This document shows, piece by piece, positions 26,635 to 39,619 of a DNA stretch of 64,000 bases. Source of the DNA: Antedon mediterranea (taxonomy: Eukaryota; Animalia; Echinodermata); contig NC_092676.1 of NCBI RefSeq assembly GCF_964355755.1, positions 18,804,871 through 18,868,870 on the forward strand, read 5' to 3'. Below the pieces are notes generated by a model. It was not told the origin of the DNA. It saw only the letters and a program-made list of their open reading frames with translations, and ran no database searches. A program made the translations under genes and the position numbers. Every line of letters begins with the position of its first letter. Within the stretch, counting starts at the first letter, position 1.

Positions 26635-26738
26635 TGTTGGCGAAGCTATGGAAAGCGCAGGGAATGGCTGCAAGAAAAATTACAACTTCTTCCAAATGCA
26701 CCTACGTGGTTTACGAGAATATCATAAAACTTTTCCAT
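26635..26738 (-). pseudogene. Degenerate, internally deleted copy of the SLC22 first coding exon
   Basis: Minus strand ATG GAA AAG TTT TAT GAT ATT CTC GTA AAC CAC GTA GGT GCA TTT GGA... and ...CCCTGCGCTTTCCATAGCTTCGCCAACA match exon 1 with small deletions. Confidence 0.85.
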
Positions 26739-28985
26739 GACCTAAAACATATTATACAACAACTAAATAAATGCCTGTCATTTGATTAGGCGATTGTGGG
26801 TCGCATGCCGTTCAATGACGGTACAATTAAACAATCGTGTATAGTACTTTTTTTGTTTTAATTGGGAACAACACTACAAGAAGTGCAATCTAGGGAGAAA
26901 ATTGAATTAACCTAGATCAAATTCAGTTGCCTGACGACGTTTCGTAATCGTATCGCCGTGATTGTAGCTTAGGCCTAGCCTCGCTAGCCCTATTTGTTTT
27001 TGGTTTTTGGACATAATTAACAGTTATAGGCGTGTTGTGTGTTATAAAATCAAAATAAACATAATATTTAATATATTATAAAAAAATTATAATGTAAATA
27101 CGCTATTGCTTTAGGCCTAATGTGAATCAAATGTAGACGCTACCATTTAAATGCAATCTTCAACGTAAAAAACTTAACAAGGCCATACACATGGCTGCAG
27201 TCGCGTGCTCAAGTTAGTGTAAAAACAATTAGTCAATCGGCCGAATTAACGATTATAGCTTTGATTTTCGCAGAGCTACAAACATTCTTAAACCTTGTTA
27301 CTGCAGGAGCGTCGCCAATCCATGGATCGTAATAATCATCTGGCGTTTAGGTATGCGATGAATAGTTGTCAAAAAGGCAAAGCCTCCAGGTGTTACATCT
27401 GTATACATTCTACGTTGCAAAACAGCGTTAAAATCGCAAAGATCTCCCTTACCAGTGCTACTTTTGAATGGAACGATAATAATTTGAAGAATGATTATTG
27501 GAATTACCTTTTTATTTCAACACAGCTTCAACGAAAGCGTGGCGAGTCTAGGCAAGGAGGTATCTCCCTAGTCCAGGTAGCTCGTATATCGAAACCAACC
27601 CACCCAGACTTGTCTAAACTCTGTGTAGGCCAAGTGACGGTACACTTGCATACCTTTTAAATGAAATATTTATATGGATACAGTATTCGCTTATTGATTA
27701 ATTGATAATTAATTAATAATACAGTTCTTACCTATACTGTTGTTAAAGTGTATATCTGTGGTCACCGCAATAGTACAGTACAGTATAGGTGAAGTAGCCT
27801 AACTAAAGTAACTTATTTACGGTGTGTATCCAACCATTACAACAAGTTGAATGAGAAACAAAACAACGTTGCCATACTTTGTCTAATCCACGGCTACTAT
27901 TTGTTCCTTTATAAAAGTTTCATTGTCATTTACAGCGAAGGAATTATATTTTTTTGGAAAATCTGGAAATAATCAACTATTTTATTTTATATTACGATAA
28001 TAGTACACATAATAGTACGATGGTGAGTTTAGAAGACACTATCCATGATCGTGACAAGCCTGAATTGCTTGAATAACGGATAGGTCTATTTTTAATTTTC
28101 AAAACACTTTCAAAATGGGTTAGTGGTCTTGTGGATTTACGAAAAAAAAGTATTGCTAAGAATTGACAATTGTGAGAGAGATTGGAATGTTCCATTCAAC
28201 GCTTCCATTTATCCTTACGAATTGTAACCCCGTGTAACTGGAAGTTTATAAACTGTTCTGCAGTAGCAAACGTTGGGAAACGTTCTGCCAAACTCAGGGT
28301 TTGCATGAGTTGGCTTACTATAAAGGTTGCTATTGTACTAGATGTAATAACTTACTGTAGTCATGTGATCTTCAGATGAATAGCCTCCAGTAACACGATT
28401 TTCTCCAAACACGTCGAGTTCTTAAACAAGCTGGTTTAGACTTTTTGACGAAAAAAAAATGCTTTGACTATAAATAATATCAACATACAGTAATTTTATT
28501 CCTTATCATTAAAATAGTATTCGAATAGTTTTATTGTGTATAAAGCAATGTAAGCCTACCATTTTGTTTTCTGTTCTAGTAATGAAGAATCATCATAACA
28601 AAAGTAAAAAGAACAATTCAATTAAAGTAACACAAATTTACCTAACACAAATTTACCTAAATTTTAAAAGTAAATTTATAACTCTGTTGGGTAATAATTC
28701 TAAAAATAATATTTTTCTTTGCCTGTCTTATTTGTTATAATAATGATAAGGATATACATTTTTTTTCTCCTCTCTTTTGTGGCGCAGTGTCATCTGGGCT
28801 AAAACTTTTATGAGCATTTTTAAAAATTCAAATGGCCACTCTCCGCGTACTCCACAATACTTATTATCATCCATTCAGGCTCTTTACAACATACACTGAA
28901 TATTATAGGTATTATCAGATTTAGAGTACCGTACTTTATAAGCAAAAGGCAGACTATTTGTCGATGTGTATCCAACCAGTAAAAG

Positions 28986-29395
28986 CAAAGAACTTATAAC
29001 ACAAGAATCTCCTGTTCTTCAATTTGCATTCAAAACACAGTATCGGAAGTACAGGGTTAAAAGGTCAAACTGGGCGACGCCATTTCACAGCATGGAGCAG
29101 CGCCCCCTCCAAACTAGGAAGTCAATTACTCTACCCCAACTAGAGTATTAGCAGATCTCCTCTATGATTTTGACTTTCTAATTTGATGCGGGCGCCCTAC
29201 TCCTCAGTCCATTACTCTATCCCCCCTAGAGCATTAGCAGATCCCCTCTATGATTTTGACTTTCTAATTTGATGCGGGCACCCTACTCCATGGCTCACAA
29301 TGGCGCCACCCATAACTCTATTCTATCCCACAATGCCTTTCGAAATTGTTACGCGCTTCGGACGAACAGGAGATTCTTGTGTTATAAGTTCTTTG
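28986..29395. mobile_element. MITE with 32-bp TIRs and 7-bp TSD (GTAAAAG), P-superfamily-like
   Basis: TIR CAAAGAACTTATAACACAAGAATCTCCTGTTC at both ends; TSD at 28979-28985 and 29396-29402; internal ~90-bp tandem repeat. Confidence 0.9.
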
Positions 29396-29670
29396 GTAAA
29401 AGTAGTTGAAAGAAAGACAAAAAACTAGTACTTCCGATACTGTGTTTTGAATGCAAATTGAAGAACAGGAGATTCTTGTGTTATAAGTTCTTTGGGAAAA
29501 GGCAGACTATTTGTCGATGTGTATCCAACCAGTAAAAGTAGTTGAAAGAAAGACAAAAAACTAGTATACACGAATGAGTATATATTTAACCTTTCACCAG
29601 TCACCAAATGCCATTATTTGTACCATTACAAGAATGGAATTTTTTTTTTATAAAACAGGATGTGATGTAA

Positions 29671-32600
29671 CTACACTGTCGTATCATTGGTCTCCGCTGC
29701 ACGATAATCATCGGTTGTGGAATTTCCAGTACTAAAAAAAATAAATAAATAAAAGCATTATTGCGAACCCGGTAATAGTGAAAGCAAAGCTGAAATATTG
29801 TTTATTGAGTGAAACAATTAGTTTCAGACAGTAATATTTTCGAAACGAGATTTTTGACTAATCTCTATTAAATCCATTTTGTATACATACTATTGGGATA
29901 CGTGGCAATGTTAGTTTAAATTGTCTGTTATTAAACATTATATAATATATTTCATAACATGACTACCGTGGAGAGGATCGTAATTATTACGGGCAGTGTT
30001 ATATTTACTGTAATTTTCGTGTATTCTTCGTGTCTCTGTCATTAGACATAATAACATCTAGCCCAAGTCTCAAGGAGTGGGTGGGTAATTTTCGTGTAAC
30101 AACTCGCGTCTGTCGTCAAATCTGAGTCTACTACTGGGATTCAAAGAAGATCAACCCATATTTAACGAGACGTCGAATTTCTTGCTGCCACACATGACAT
30201 GATTCGCTTGCAAAAAAAAAATCTTTCAATAATATATCAGATATTGCCTTTTAGGCCTATATTGGTGAAATGTAAAATTTTACATCCCCTTGGGAATGAC
30301 ATTTTTCTCTCGAGACTATGTATTTCCCTCAGCTTCACTTCGGAAAACATAGTCCACCGAGAAAAATATCATTCCCTCGTGGATGTCAAATCTTATACTT
30401 CACCCCTAAGCAGGCAATATCTGTATAATATTATGTATTATATGAAATTACTACCAAAATATATGGAGTTTGTTCTACCATGGAGGTATATACCTCCATG
30501 GTTCTACGTACCACAGTTTACACATCGTCAGCTTGTATTCATCCGCTTCTTTTACATTGTCTGGCAGATTCTGGTTCTGTGTCTCTGGTAGAAGTAATAC
30601 TAATATGCCTGCTAGCAGAGATTGTCCACCAAAGAGAATGAGCGGCATCACAGCAGACGTATAATCTCCAATCAGGAGGATATACGGAGCAGATACGGAG
30701 CCAACTCTGGAGCAGATAGATGAAAATCCTAAACCAATATTCCTAGATAGTATTATAAAATATTGCATTTATATCCAGTTATACAAATAATTATGTTTTA
30801 TTTTTTAACGGGAAGAATATTTCATAAATGACTGACAGACACACACGCACACACTGTCCAAAGCCGGCCTCGTTGCGGCCGCTATAGTGCATTTACAAAT
30901 AGCTGAACGTGCAATAGAACATCATACCGTAAATTAAAACTAATACTAAATGGCACGTGATACGAAATCAACTGGCAATGAAACATCCTGGTGTTATTCA
31001 AAATGATAATGATTGATGAATGATGTCTAATTATTTTTTTTAGATGATACATTTCAGAATAATCCAAATAATATATTTAGTTTAGTTTGGCTCATGTCAA
31101 AATTATTCTACTGCAATTACTGCAGTAACTAAATTTATTTTATTTTTTATTTTAATTTAGAAGACGATAGACAATGTATGTGATAACCACCCACCCCCTC
31201 CTCCCCAAAAAACTTACTAAATAAATGCATAAACAGGTACATTTTAGTAGTATTATATATAAACACTTCATGCTTTTTATAAATGACTTTCACAAACCTG
31301 ACTGTGGTTGGGTAGAGTTCGGCTGAATATAAATATATAGTACCGTAAGAAGCGGTAATACATAATTTGCCTATCATAGCAAATATCACGACAGGCACCT
31401 TGTAATCTGTACAAATGGAATACACATCGATTTTTAAAACTTAATTCGGATTCTAGTATCTACCAGTATACAACTAATGAATGTTTATGAGTTGAATGGT
31501 GGTGGAGACTATTTCATGACTGCTATATAATATTTGTCTATCTTTCAAAGAATGAAATATTCTTCACCAATAAACGCACCACTCTGTTTCAACCGAAACA
31601 TATTCTTAGGCCTGGCTAAATTGGTAATTATATCGCTCTAAAAAATTTTACTTCCGATCACATGCAAGTTGAATGCTATTGTTTTATAATAATGCCAAAG
31701 CTAAGCAAAAAAAAAAAACAGATAGGTGCGCTATTGGAATTTACGCGAAGGTCTTTACAGCTCGCATTGAGATTTTATTTTCCGTAAGCAGAAAGATTTT
31801 TTTCGTACAAAAAGCTAACGAGCTTGCAATAGTGCAGTCTATTCTATGTCACGTGACCAAATGACAAGAATCCACTTAAGTGTGTTATAATACGCAATAA
31901 TTATCTCGCCAGTATATTATTCACCAGTATCCTCTTTCTTATTTCCTGCGTATAATTGTAGATGATACTAGATCAATAGGCCTACTCTACGGTGATATAA
32001 ATATTAGAATAATATACTAATAATTTGTGTTACCTTTAATTACAGTTGTTGATAGTAAAACGACCCCACACATAATCATGAATATGCAAATGACTCTCTT
32101 TCTGCCAAGACGTTTCAAAAGAAGTTGTGACAAAATATACCCTGGCACCTCAACAGCTCCAGAAATGAAGAAAGCGAGATAAGGATTTAAACCTAGACTG
32201 TCCGTATGGAACGAAAGACCATAATATACCATGGAATTTGAGAGCCTGATTAGTAGGGAAAAAATATGATTAGAACACATTTCACATCTTTCAATAGTGC
32301 AGTTACTTCTAATACATAATCTAATTAGTAGTTATGACATACCAGTTAAAAGCAACCAGAAGAGTTTTCCATCGCATTGTTGATGACGTAAAGAGTAACG
32401 CCTTAATAGTTTCAGTTTTAACTCTTTTTTCATTCTGAAAATAGTGAATAATCATAAAGAAGCAATAGAATATATTTTAAATTGGTTAAATAGGCCTAAG
32501 CAAAAAATAAATCTGAATGAACATGAACAGGAATGAAGACACTTAACCAGAAGGATAAATAATACAGGTGTTGTTCAGCAACATTGTTTTCGCCGATTAA

Positions 32601-34748
32601 GAATACGCATAATTATACTAACCGTTTTAATTGCTTTCAGAGTTTCAAGACAGTCTTCTGGCAATGATGTCTTGTTTCTTTTTGCAAAGTTTCTCAATAT
32701 TTTAACACATTCTTCGTATCTTCCTTTTGTCATAAGCCACCGAGGTGATTCTGGTAATATCCTATATATATATATATCAGTTATTTTAACAATGAAGCTG
32801 AATTAATTAGGTAGAAATTACGTAGAAAAAATATACATTATATCTATAAATTATCTAGGTTATATTCAATAAAGATGTATAGAGTGAATCTTACCAATAG
32901 TAGCTCAAGAATAAGAAGCAGGGCAAAGAAAGCGTCAACTCAATATTCTGCCAATCTCTAAGGGCATAAGCTACACCAGTTAATGTGATGTAACCAAGCG
33001 TATAAAAGTATTCTATCGTAATCCCGATAAATGTCCTCCATGATGGACCTACAATCTCTGTTACTAAATTAAAATGATATTTTAGAATATTAAAATAACG
33101 GTTTGATATACACGAACATTTTCTTATGACTGTTAATTAAAGTATATCTGAATAGGCCTAGATTTAAAATTTATATATTTCTCGGAAAACTCATAAAGCT
33201 AAAAGTTACGTTAATCTATAAACACCATGCATGTATTTACCGTGAATGGTGGTGTGCAATGCACTAATTTGTTTTTATATTTTTAAATTGGGTATACTCC
33301 TGGTTAAAATTCCTATTGTTAGCTATAGAATATAAATCTATGTTCTAAAAAACGTTTTTTAAATGGCGCCACGGGACTTGTTTAAAGTTCAAATACTTGT
33401 TTTTCGTGGTTTATGTAAGACTTGATGTATATAAATATCCAAATATTTACCAATAACAAAAGAAGTTAGAAAAACACCAGAGACAGTAGCTCCAAGCAGG
33501 AATTGAAATGTAATGAATACTGGGAATGAACCAGAAAAACTTGATAAAACACCACATGCAATCTAGAAAATAAAATCAATACAGTTTTATGTAATTCAAT
33601 TTCTAGTTTTCTGAGCGAGCTTGTTCTGCAATGATAGGTTTGAATTATTTAGTTTGATTAGAATAATTGCAAAATGGATGAGAAATTGAAACGTAGGCAA
33701 AACATACTGTTGTTAAAATTAATTATTCTTTAAAAAAAGGGATTTCCCAAAGAATTTAGTTTCTGTTTTGGAGACTATGCATTTCGGAAACAAAATAAAC
33801 AATCTCTCTCGTCGTTCTACTAATATCTGAGTACTCGTGACTATTCTGATGAGGTGTCTCCATTCTTGCCGATCTTGAGCTTCATTGTAGCAACTGATTA
33901 TTGGTCGGTTTGCAGCACCACTTACCATCAATTCATCTGAGTCTCTGTCTTCTTCATTTTCGTTTCCCCTCAACTTTCTCAAACACATTTTCTCCGTATT
34001 CTCCAAAATAAACAATAAGTTCCGTCAAAATATCAGTTTAAAAAATAAACAAACCTGTAACATCAATGCAACTAGGAGTATTTTCTTTCGACCAAACAAG
34101 TCTGATAATTGTCCGAAAATAAATGCACCGAAAACTTTTCCGAGAAGCACGATGGATTTTCCCAGTTGACGCATCCAGTTTTTATCGCAAACCAAGTCCC
34201 ACTGAATAAGAAAACGTTGCATTAATAATACTTGAAATTCGATGCAAGATTCTATATTTTAACATTAATTATATAATCAGAGAATGTATTTATTAATGGT
34301 CACTCTATTAAAAGATATAACCATGGAGAAATAAGTTATTAACTTATTTCTCCATGGTATAACTTACTTGTGTGACGACTGTCTCTCCGTAAACATTACG
34401 GTCGTAGAGCCATCCTGAACGACACTCGGTCTCTTCATCTGATTCAGACGTGCAGTTAAAATCACTATTACTGTTTAACCCAGTGATATTGTATTTTTTA
34501 TATTCCTCACATTTAGACCATTCATCCTTGTCGCTATCCCATGGGATTGCACATTCAATGGCGTCGTCTTTGTACTTCAGTGCCCCTTCAAATCGGCAGT
34601 GATGTTTGGGTGAACCACTTATAAACGTGTTGGCGAAGCTATGAAAAGCGCATGGAATGGCTGTAAGGCACACCAAGAAAAAGTACAACTTCTGAGTTCT
34701 TCCAAATTCACCTACGTGGTTTACAAGAATATCGTCGAATTTTTCCAT
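29671..34748 (-). CDS. SLC22 family transporter copy 2, 550 aa; exons 34748-34368, 34201-34055, 33562-33451, 33063-32895, 32761-32623, 32434-32343, 32245-32034, 31406-31298, 30742-30512, 29731-29671
   Basis: Exon sizes (381,147,112,169,139,92,212,109,231,61) and phases are identical to copy 1; same SLC22 motifs. Confidence 0.92.
30479..30500. mobile_element. 22-bp perfect palindrome with 7-bp TSD (GTTCTAC)
   Basis: GTTCTAC|CATGGAGGTATATACCTCCATG|GTTCTAC. Confidence 0.75.
33800..34010 (-). mobile_element. 3' end fragment of an RTE-like LINE
   Basis: C-terminal [12 protein letters not shown] motif typical of RTE ORF ends, followed by a short (GA)n tail. Confidence 0.55.
34322..34356. mobile_element. 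35-bp palindrome with near-perfect 7-bp TSD (ATATAAC/GTATAAC)
   Basis: CATGGAGAAATAAGTTATTAACTTATTTCTCCATG; same CATGGAG termini as 30479. Confidence 0.7.
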
Positions 34749-35819
34749 GATCTAAAAAATAATTTACAAATAGGCCTATCAATAACAATTAGTGAAAATA
34801 ACCTTATATGGTTTGGTTAGGTTTATGGCCTATGGTCTACAGTATGTTTCACATATATTTCAGAAACAATTACACAATCTAGCAAACAATATAAATGATG
34901 ATATCTGCTTGGATTATCGGTATATTAATAAATCCACAGATTTTAGTTGTTAAATTAATATATCATAACACGACTTATGTACACTGTGGGATAGAAAAAG
35001 AGTCATGGCTTGTGTATTCAATGTTGGCATCATTATTTATACTATATTTTGTGTTTGCGTTGTCAACTATGATAATTGTATATAGCAGAATAATTCACGA
35101 ATTTGGTAAAATGTTAATCATTGACAGTGCATTCAGTAGCTCTTAATTTCAAAATGACATTTGGTTTATTGGACTAGATTTGGTATTTGTAAATTTCATT
35201 GCAAACCCTTGCATTACAAAATTTCCATGGCACAGTACCGAGCAGAGTTTCTCAAATGTTTTCGGATCAGGACATGTTTGCAGAGAACACACATAATATG
35301 TGATTTGCCTATGATACATGAGTACACAGTATAGCAGTACCGAGAATCGGCTAGTATCGCCCGATTCTGCAGCTGTCTGTAGGTATATCGTAACTGACTA
35401 TTGACAGTAAAGAATTACATAGTAGACTATAATTCCGCTCTCGATTCTCGGTGCATTGGGTATCGCTATTTACTGTTTATACATTGTCTCTACATACGAA
35501 ACTAAAGACAGGGATACATTATTACAAGTAAAACACATAGACTCGTATCTCGGTGACTGTCAATAGTCAGTTAAGATATACCTAGAGACAGCAATATAAT
35601 TGTGTACTAGTATACATCAATAAATTTAATTCTTACACTCTTTTATAGCATTTTAATCCACACAGCAACATAAAAACGCCTTTAAAAAAGGAATAATCGA
35701 TGCATTGACCACATAGTTAGGCACGACCGAAATTCTTTCAAAGACAAGAAATAACTTAGCCCTAAAGACCATTCATATTGTACATACCATCAAATATCTG
35801 TAAATTACATTAAAATGTT

Positions 35820-36378
35820 ATATACTCCCTTTACATTAATAAATGCCTCTGTCACTTCTCGGCTTGATTATTGCAACTCTTTTTTTTTTACCCTACCGAA
35901 ATCTTTAGTGAATCGACTTCAACGTCTCCAGAACACTGCTGCACGCATTCTAACTCTTACTAGAATATCCTCACACATATCTCTTATTTTATATAACCTC
36001 CATTGGCTACCTATTGACTCCCGTATAAAATATAAGATCCTTTTACTAACATTTAAAGCGCTACTTCTTAAACAACCTACTTATCTCCTTGATCTTCTTC
36101 CCTCCTACATCCCTCTTGCTTGTCTTCATTCGGCTGATCAAAACCTACTACTTGTTCCTAGAATTAACACGAAATCTTATGGACAAAGGTCTTTTATGTT
36201 CTCTGCTGCTTCTCTTTGGAATTCTCTCCCTCGTCATTTTACTAAATCAACTTTTATTGCTATTTTAAAAAAAGAACTTAAAACGCATCTTTTTAACATC
36301 CAATATAAGCGCCTTTGATTTTTACTTCGGTTTAGATGATTCTGGCGCTATACAAATACCTAAATTATTATTATTATA
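35820..36378 (+). mobile_element. 3' fragment of an L2-type LINE
   Basis: SRLDYCNS, LQRLQNTAAR, LHWLPI, YGQRSF, LWNSLP, LKTHLF; 3' GGCGCTATACAAAT stem region and (TTA)n tail. Confidence 0.9.
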
Positions 36379-36716
36379 AGATATAAGATTTGTAAGTAGC
36401 TCCATTATGGGCCCTAACCGTAACTCTCTCTCTCAATTAAAATTATCTTGAGGAAATTCTCGGCATATTAACGTACGAGTTTAATGAGAGTGATGCATGG
36501 AGTGAAGGCTTTTTTTTTGTCTTGTGTGAGTTCATCTCACGTTTATTTAAATTCTCATTGGTGAATATATTATATACATATAAGTGCATGTGTGACAATT
36601 AAAAGTAAGTTTTTAAAGTAGTTAAAATACAGGTATATTTACATAATAAGATGCTTGAATTCAGTATTAACCATTTTGTTTTCATTTAAAATTTTAGATA
36701 CGGTGTTAATTAAAAT

Positions 36717-37134
36717 CAAAGAACTTATAACACAAGAATCTCCTGTTCGTCCGAAGCTCGTAACAATTTCGAAAGGCATTGTGGGATAGAATAGAGCTAT
36801 GGGTGGCGCCATTGTGAGCCATGGAGTAGGGCGCCCGCATCAAATTAGAAAGTCAAAATCATAGAGGGGATCTGCTAATGCTCTAGGGGGGATAGAGTAA
36901 TTGACTGAGGAGTAGGGCGCCCGCATCAAATTAGAAAGTCAAAATCATAGAGGGGATCTGCTAATACTCTAGGGGGGGGGGGGGTGTAGAGTAATTGACT
37001 TCCTAGTTTGGAGGGGTCACTGCTCCATGCTGTGAAATGGCGTCGCCCAGTTTGACCTTTTAATCCTGTACTTCCGATACTGTGTTTTGAATGCAAATTG
37101 AAGAACAGGAGATTCTTGTGTTATAAGTTCTTTG
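36717..37134. mobile_element. Second copy (inverted) of the 32-bp-TIR MITE, 7-bp TSD TTAAAAT
   Basis: Reverse complement of 28986-29395; TSD at 36710-36716 and 37135-37141. Confidence 0.9.
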
Positions 37135-39619
37135 TTAAAATGTAAAAATGAAAAATGGCGGTAAAATACATGATTAAAATTTTCTTGTGAAACTATCTTA
37201 TTTGTGATCTTATTTGTGTTCGAGTAGAGAGGCTATAAACTCAGAGGAGGAAAATGTAGTATCCTCCCTTTTCACCAAGATAAAAAGGATGAGATGAAAA
37301 AAGAGGAATGCAAAAGTTTGAAAGTTAGATATTTAGAATGATAGCATGCAATGATATATTTAATGAAAACCGTAAGGTTAGAGTCCATACACTGTGCCAG
37401 TCCAAGATGCGATTTTGGCTCTGTGCGCATGTGAGACGCTTCATACCCGACGGTCACCTTGGTACAACTACTACCTACAATTTGTATTTACGATATAAAA
37501 TATTGCAAATATAGAAAAATATATATATTGGACAAATACAAATACATGCAGATAACATTGACATGCATACAATATAAATATTGCAAATTATAGAAAAAAA
37601 TATATATATATATATTAAAAATAAATACCAATAATTACAGATTATATTGACATGCCATCAATTATATTGCACCACCAATGATTAAATGATTCAAGAAGCG
37701 GGATATCATATTATATACACATACATGTATTTGAATAATTGGCATCTTAAAAAGTATAACTGATGCCTAAAAACAGAGTTTATGTTAATATACATCCATT
37801 AGGGTAAGGTAATAAAAAAAAAAAAAAAAAAAAAAAAAGCTTTTATTCAGAATGGTGAATGGATTTTTCCAGAAAAAAACATAGCCTATTAAATTAGCAC
37901 TTTAAACATGTAATGCCAATGGTCATTTTCATTACATTTTATTAACTGTAATGTAGTTTAAGGTTTAAGGTTACAGTAATGTACTTAATACAACACAAAA
38001 TGTTGTTTATCACATTTGTGGACTATTTTGAACTGTTGAGCTCGTCGTCGGGGGTAGAGGATATGATGCAGTTCCGAGGATGTAGTGTCATAAACGCTTG
38101 ACTGCCAATTGTTCTAACTAACTAAACTAACTAACTAATTTACAGGGTTATCTTTTTGAGCTGATCTACCGTGCATTCTGCTTTTGGGTGGGAAGGGGGA
38201 CAGGAGGGGTGGTGCTAGGGTTCTTTATATGGAGTCTGGTGGGCACAACGAACCTAACACTGAAAATATTTAGAAATTGTCATTGATGGTGTTTAAGATT
38301 ATGCTTTTAACTTACATTAATTATTTTACAGCCTTAGCTTTTGAGCTGATCGCCGCTGGGCAGTGGATGGGGAATACGTTGGTAAAACACCGGAAATAAC
38401 TCATCACCCTAAAATGCCTAGCAAATGTATTATTTTATTTCTCTTTTACAAGATGGTGGGGGGAGGGGGGGGGGGGGGGGGTTTGGGGGGGGGGGGTGGC
38501 TCGATTACCCACCACCTAAAATGTGCCATGGCCATTCATAACAGTTTTCCCACCAGTTTTAAAGGGTTGACTTTCGGCTTTCGGCTGATCTAGGGTTTTT
38601 TAAATGGGTGTCACAGGCATCACCTCCACCACTAAATTTGTATGACAATGGTCAATCATTTTTACCTACTCCAAACAATTGCAACACATATTTCGTGGGA
38701 TTAACTTTAGGGCTCATAGATTTTTCGACCCGTTACAATGTTCCTAATATTAGCCACACACATCCGAATAAACTCGTCAGACGGTCATTTATATACATTA
38801 ATATGTACACACATAATTGCCACATGCATAGAAATTTAACTTCCCAGTTAGGTTACATCTTCTCGGCTTCATCTTAAAAAGTAACAACTAGCAAGCAAGC
38901 AATTATACATGATGCCGTATTGGTCGGTCACAGTATGGCTAAATCCTCACAGGCCAGCTAAGCTTCAACCACTATTCATGATTAGGTACGGTAGCAAAAC
39001 CGATTTACAGAAACATCAATTGATCTCGAAGACAATAATATTTATTTTGTTACATCTGCAATTGCTAATTTTTAATGTAATAAAAAGTTAATTCTTACCT
39101 CTGCTGTTAAAGTTAATTAAAATTACTACCAGTTAAGTAAAATATTTGTTGGACGGGTGTGTATCCGACAAACCATTATAGCTCATGGCATATGTATTAT
39201 TTTCACTTTATAAAAGTAGTTCTACTCGCTTTGTAATTAGTTACAGGAAAGTATTGTACGGGCAATTAGACAACGTATTCTGATATTAATCATTGTTTTT
39301 ATTTGGGTTATTGTTAAAAACAATTATTTTAGTTCCAATGTTGAATAGTCAATGATTTACCAGATAGTTTAGTCAGGTACATTTTAAACAAACATTTATG
39401 TTTCCTGTTTAGGCTGTTTTAACTGTGCTGGTATTGATATTTATTAATATAAATGTGTAGGCTATAGGTTTATAGTATAAACATCAGTGATGCATATTGT
39501 AGTATCACTTCATCAAGTAGGCCTACATACAATCATGAACAGGTGTCTCGGAATCAAGATACCATTACATCAATGCTAGAAAGCACAACACCAGACATCA
39601 ACGATTATTTGATTATTCA

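Larger units (their letters stand above)
20862..28760 (+). repeat. Segmental duplication block U (SLC22 exon 1 plus upstream region), paralogous to 34368-47540
   Basis: Long co-linear near-identical stretches, e.g. 21243-21632 = 34749-35145, 23100-24163 = 38530-39619, 27100-28750 = 45935-47535. Confidence 0.95.

Noticed and set aside
27295-27660. 121-aa ORF, and a minus-strand YRHLAY-containing frame
   Set aside because: No recognisable domain; the paralog at ~46125-46491 has an in-frame stop, and the minus frame is short and stopped
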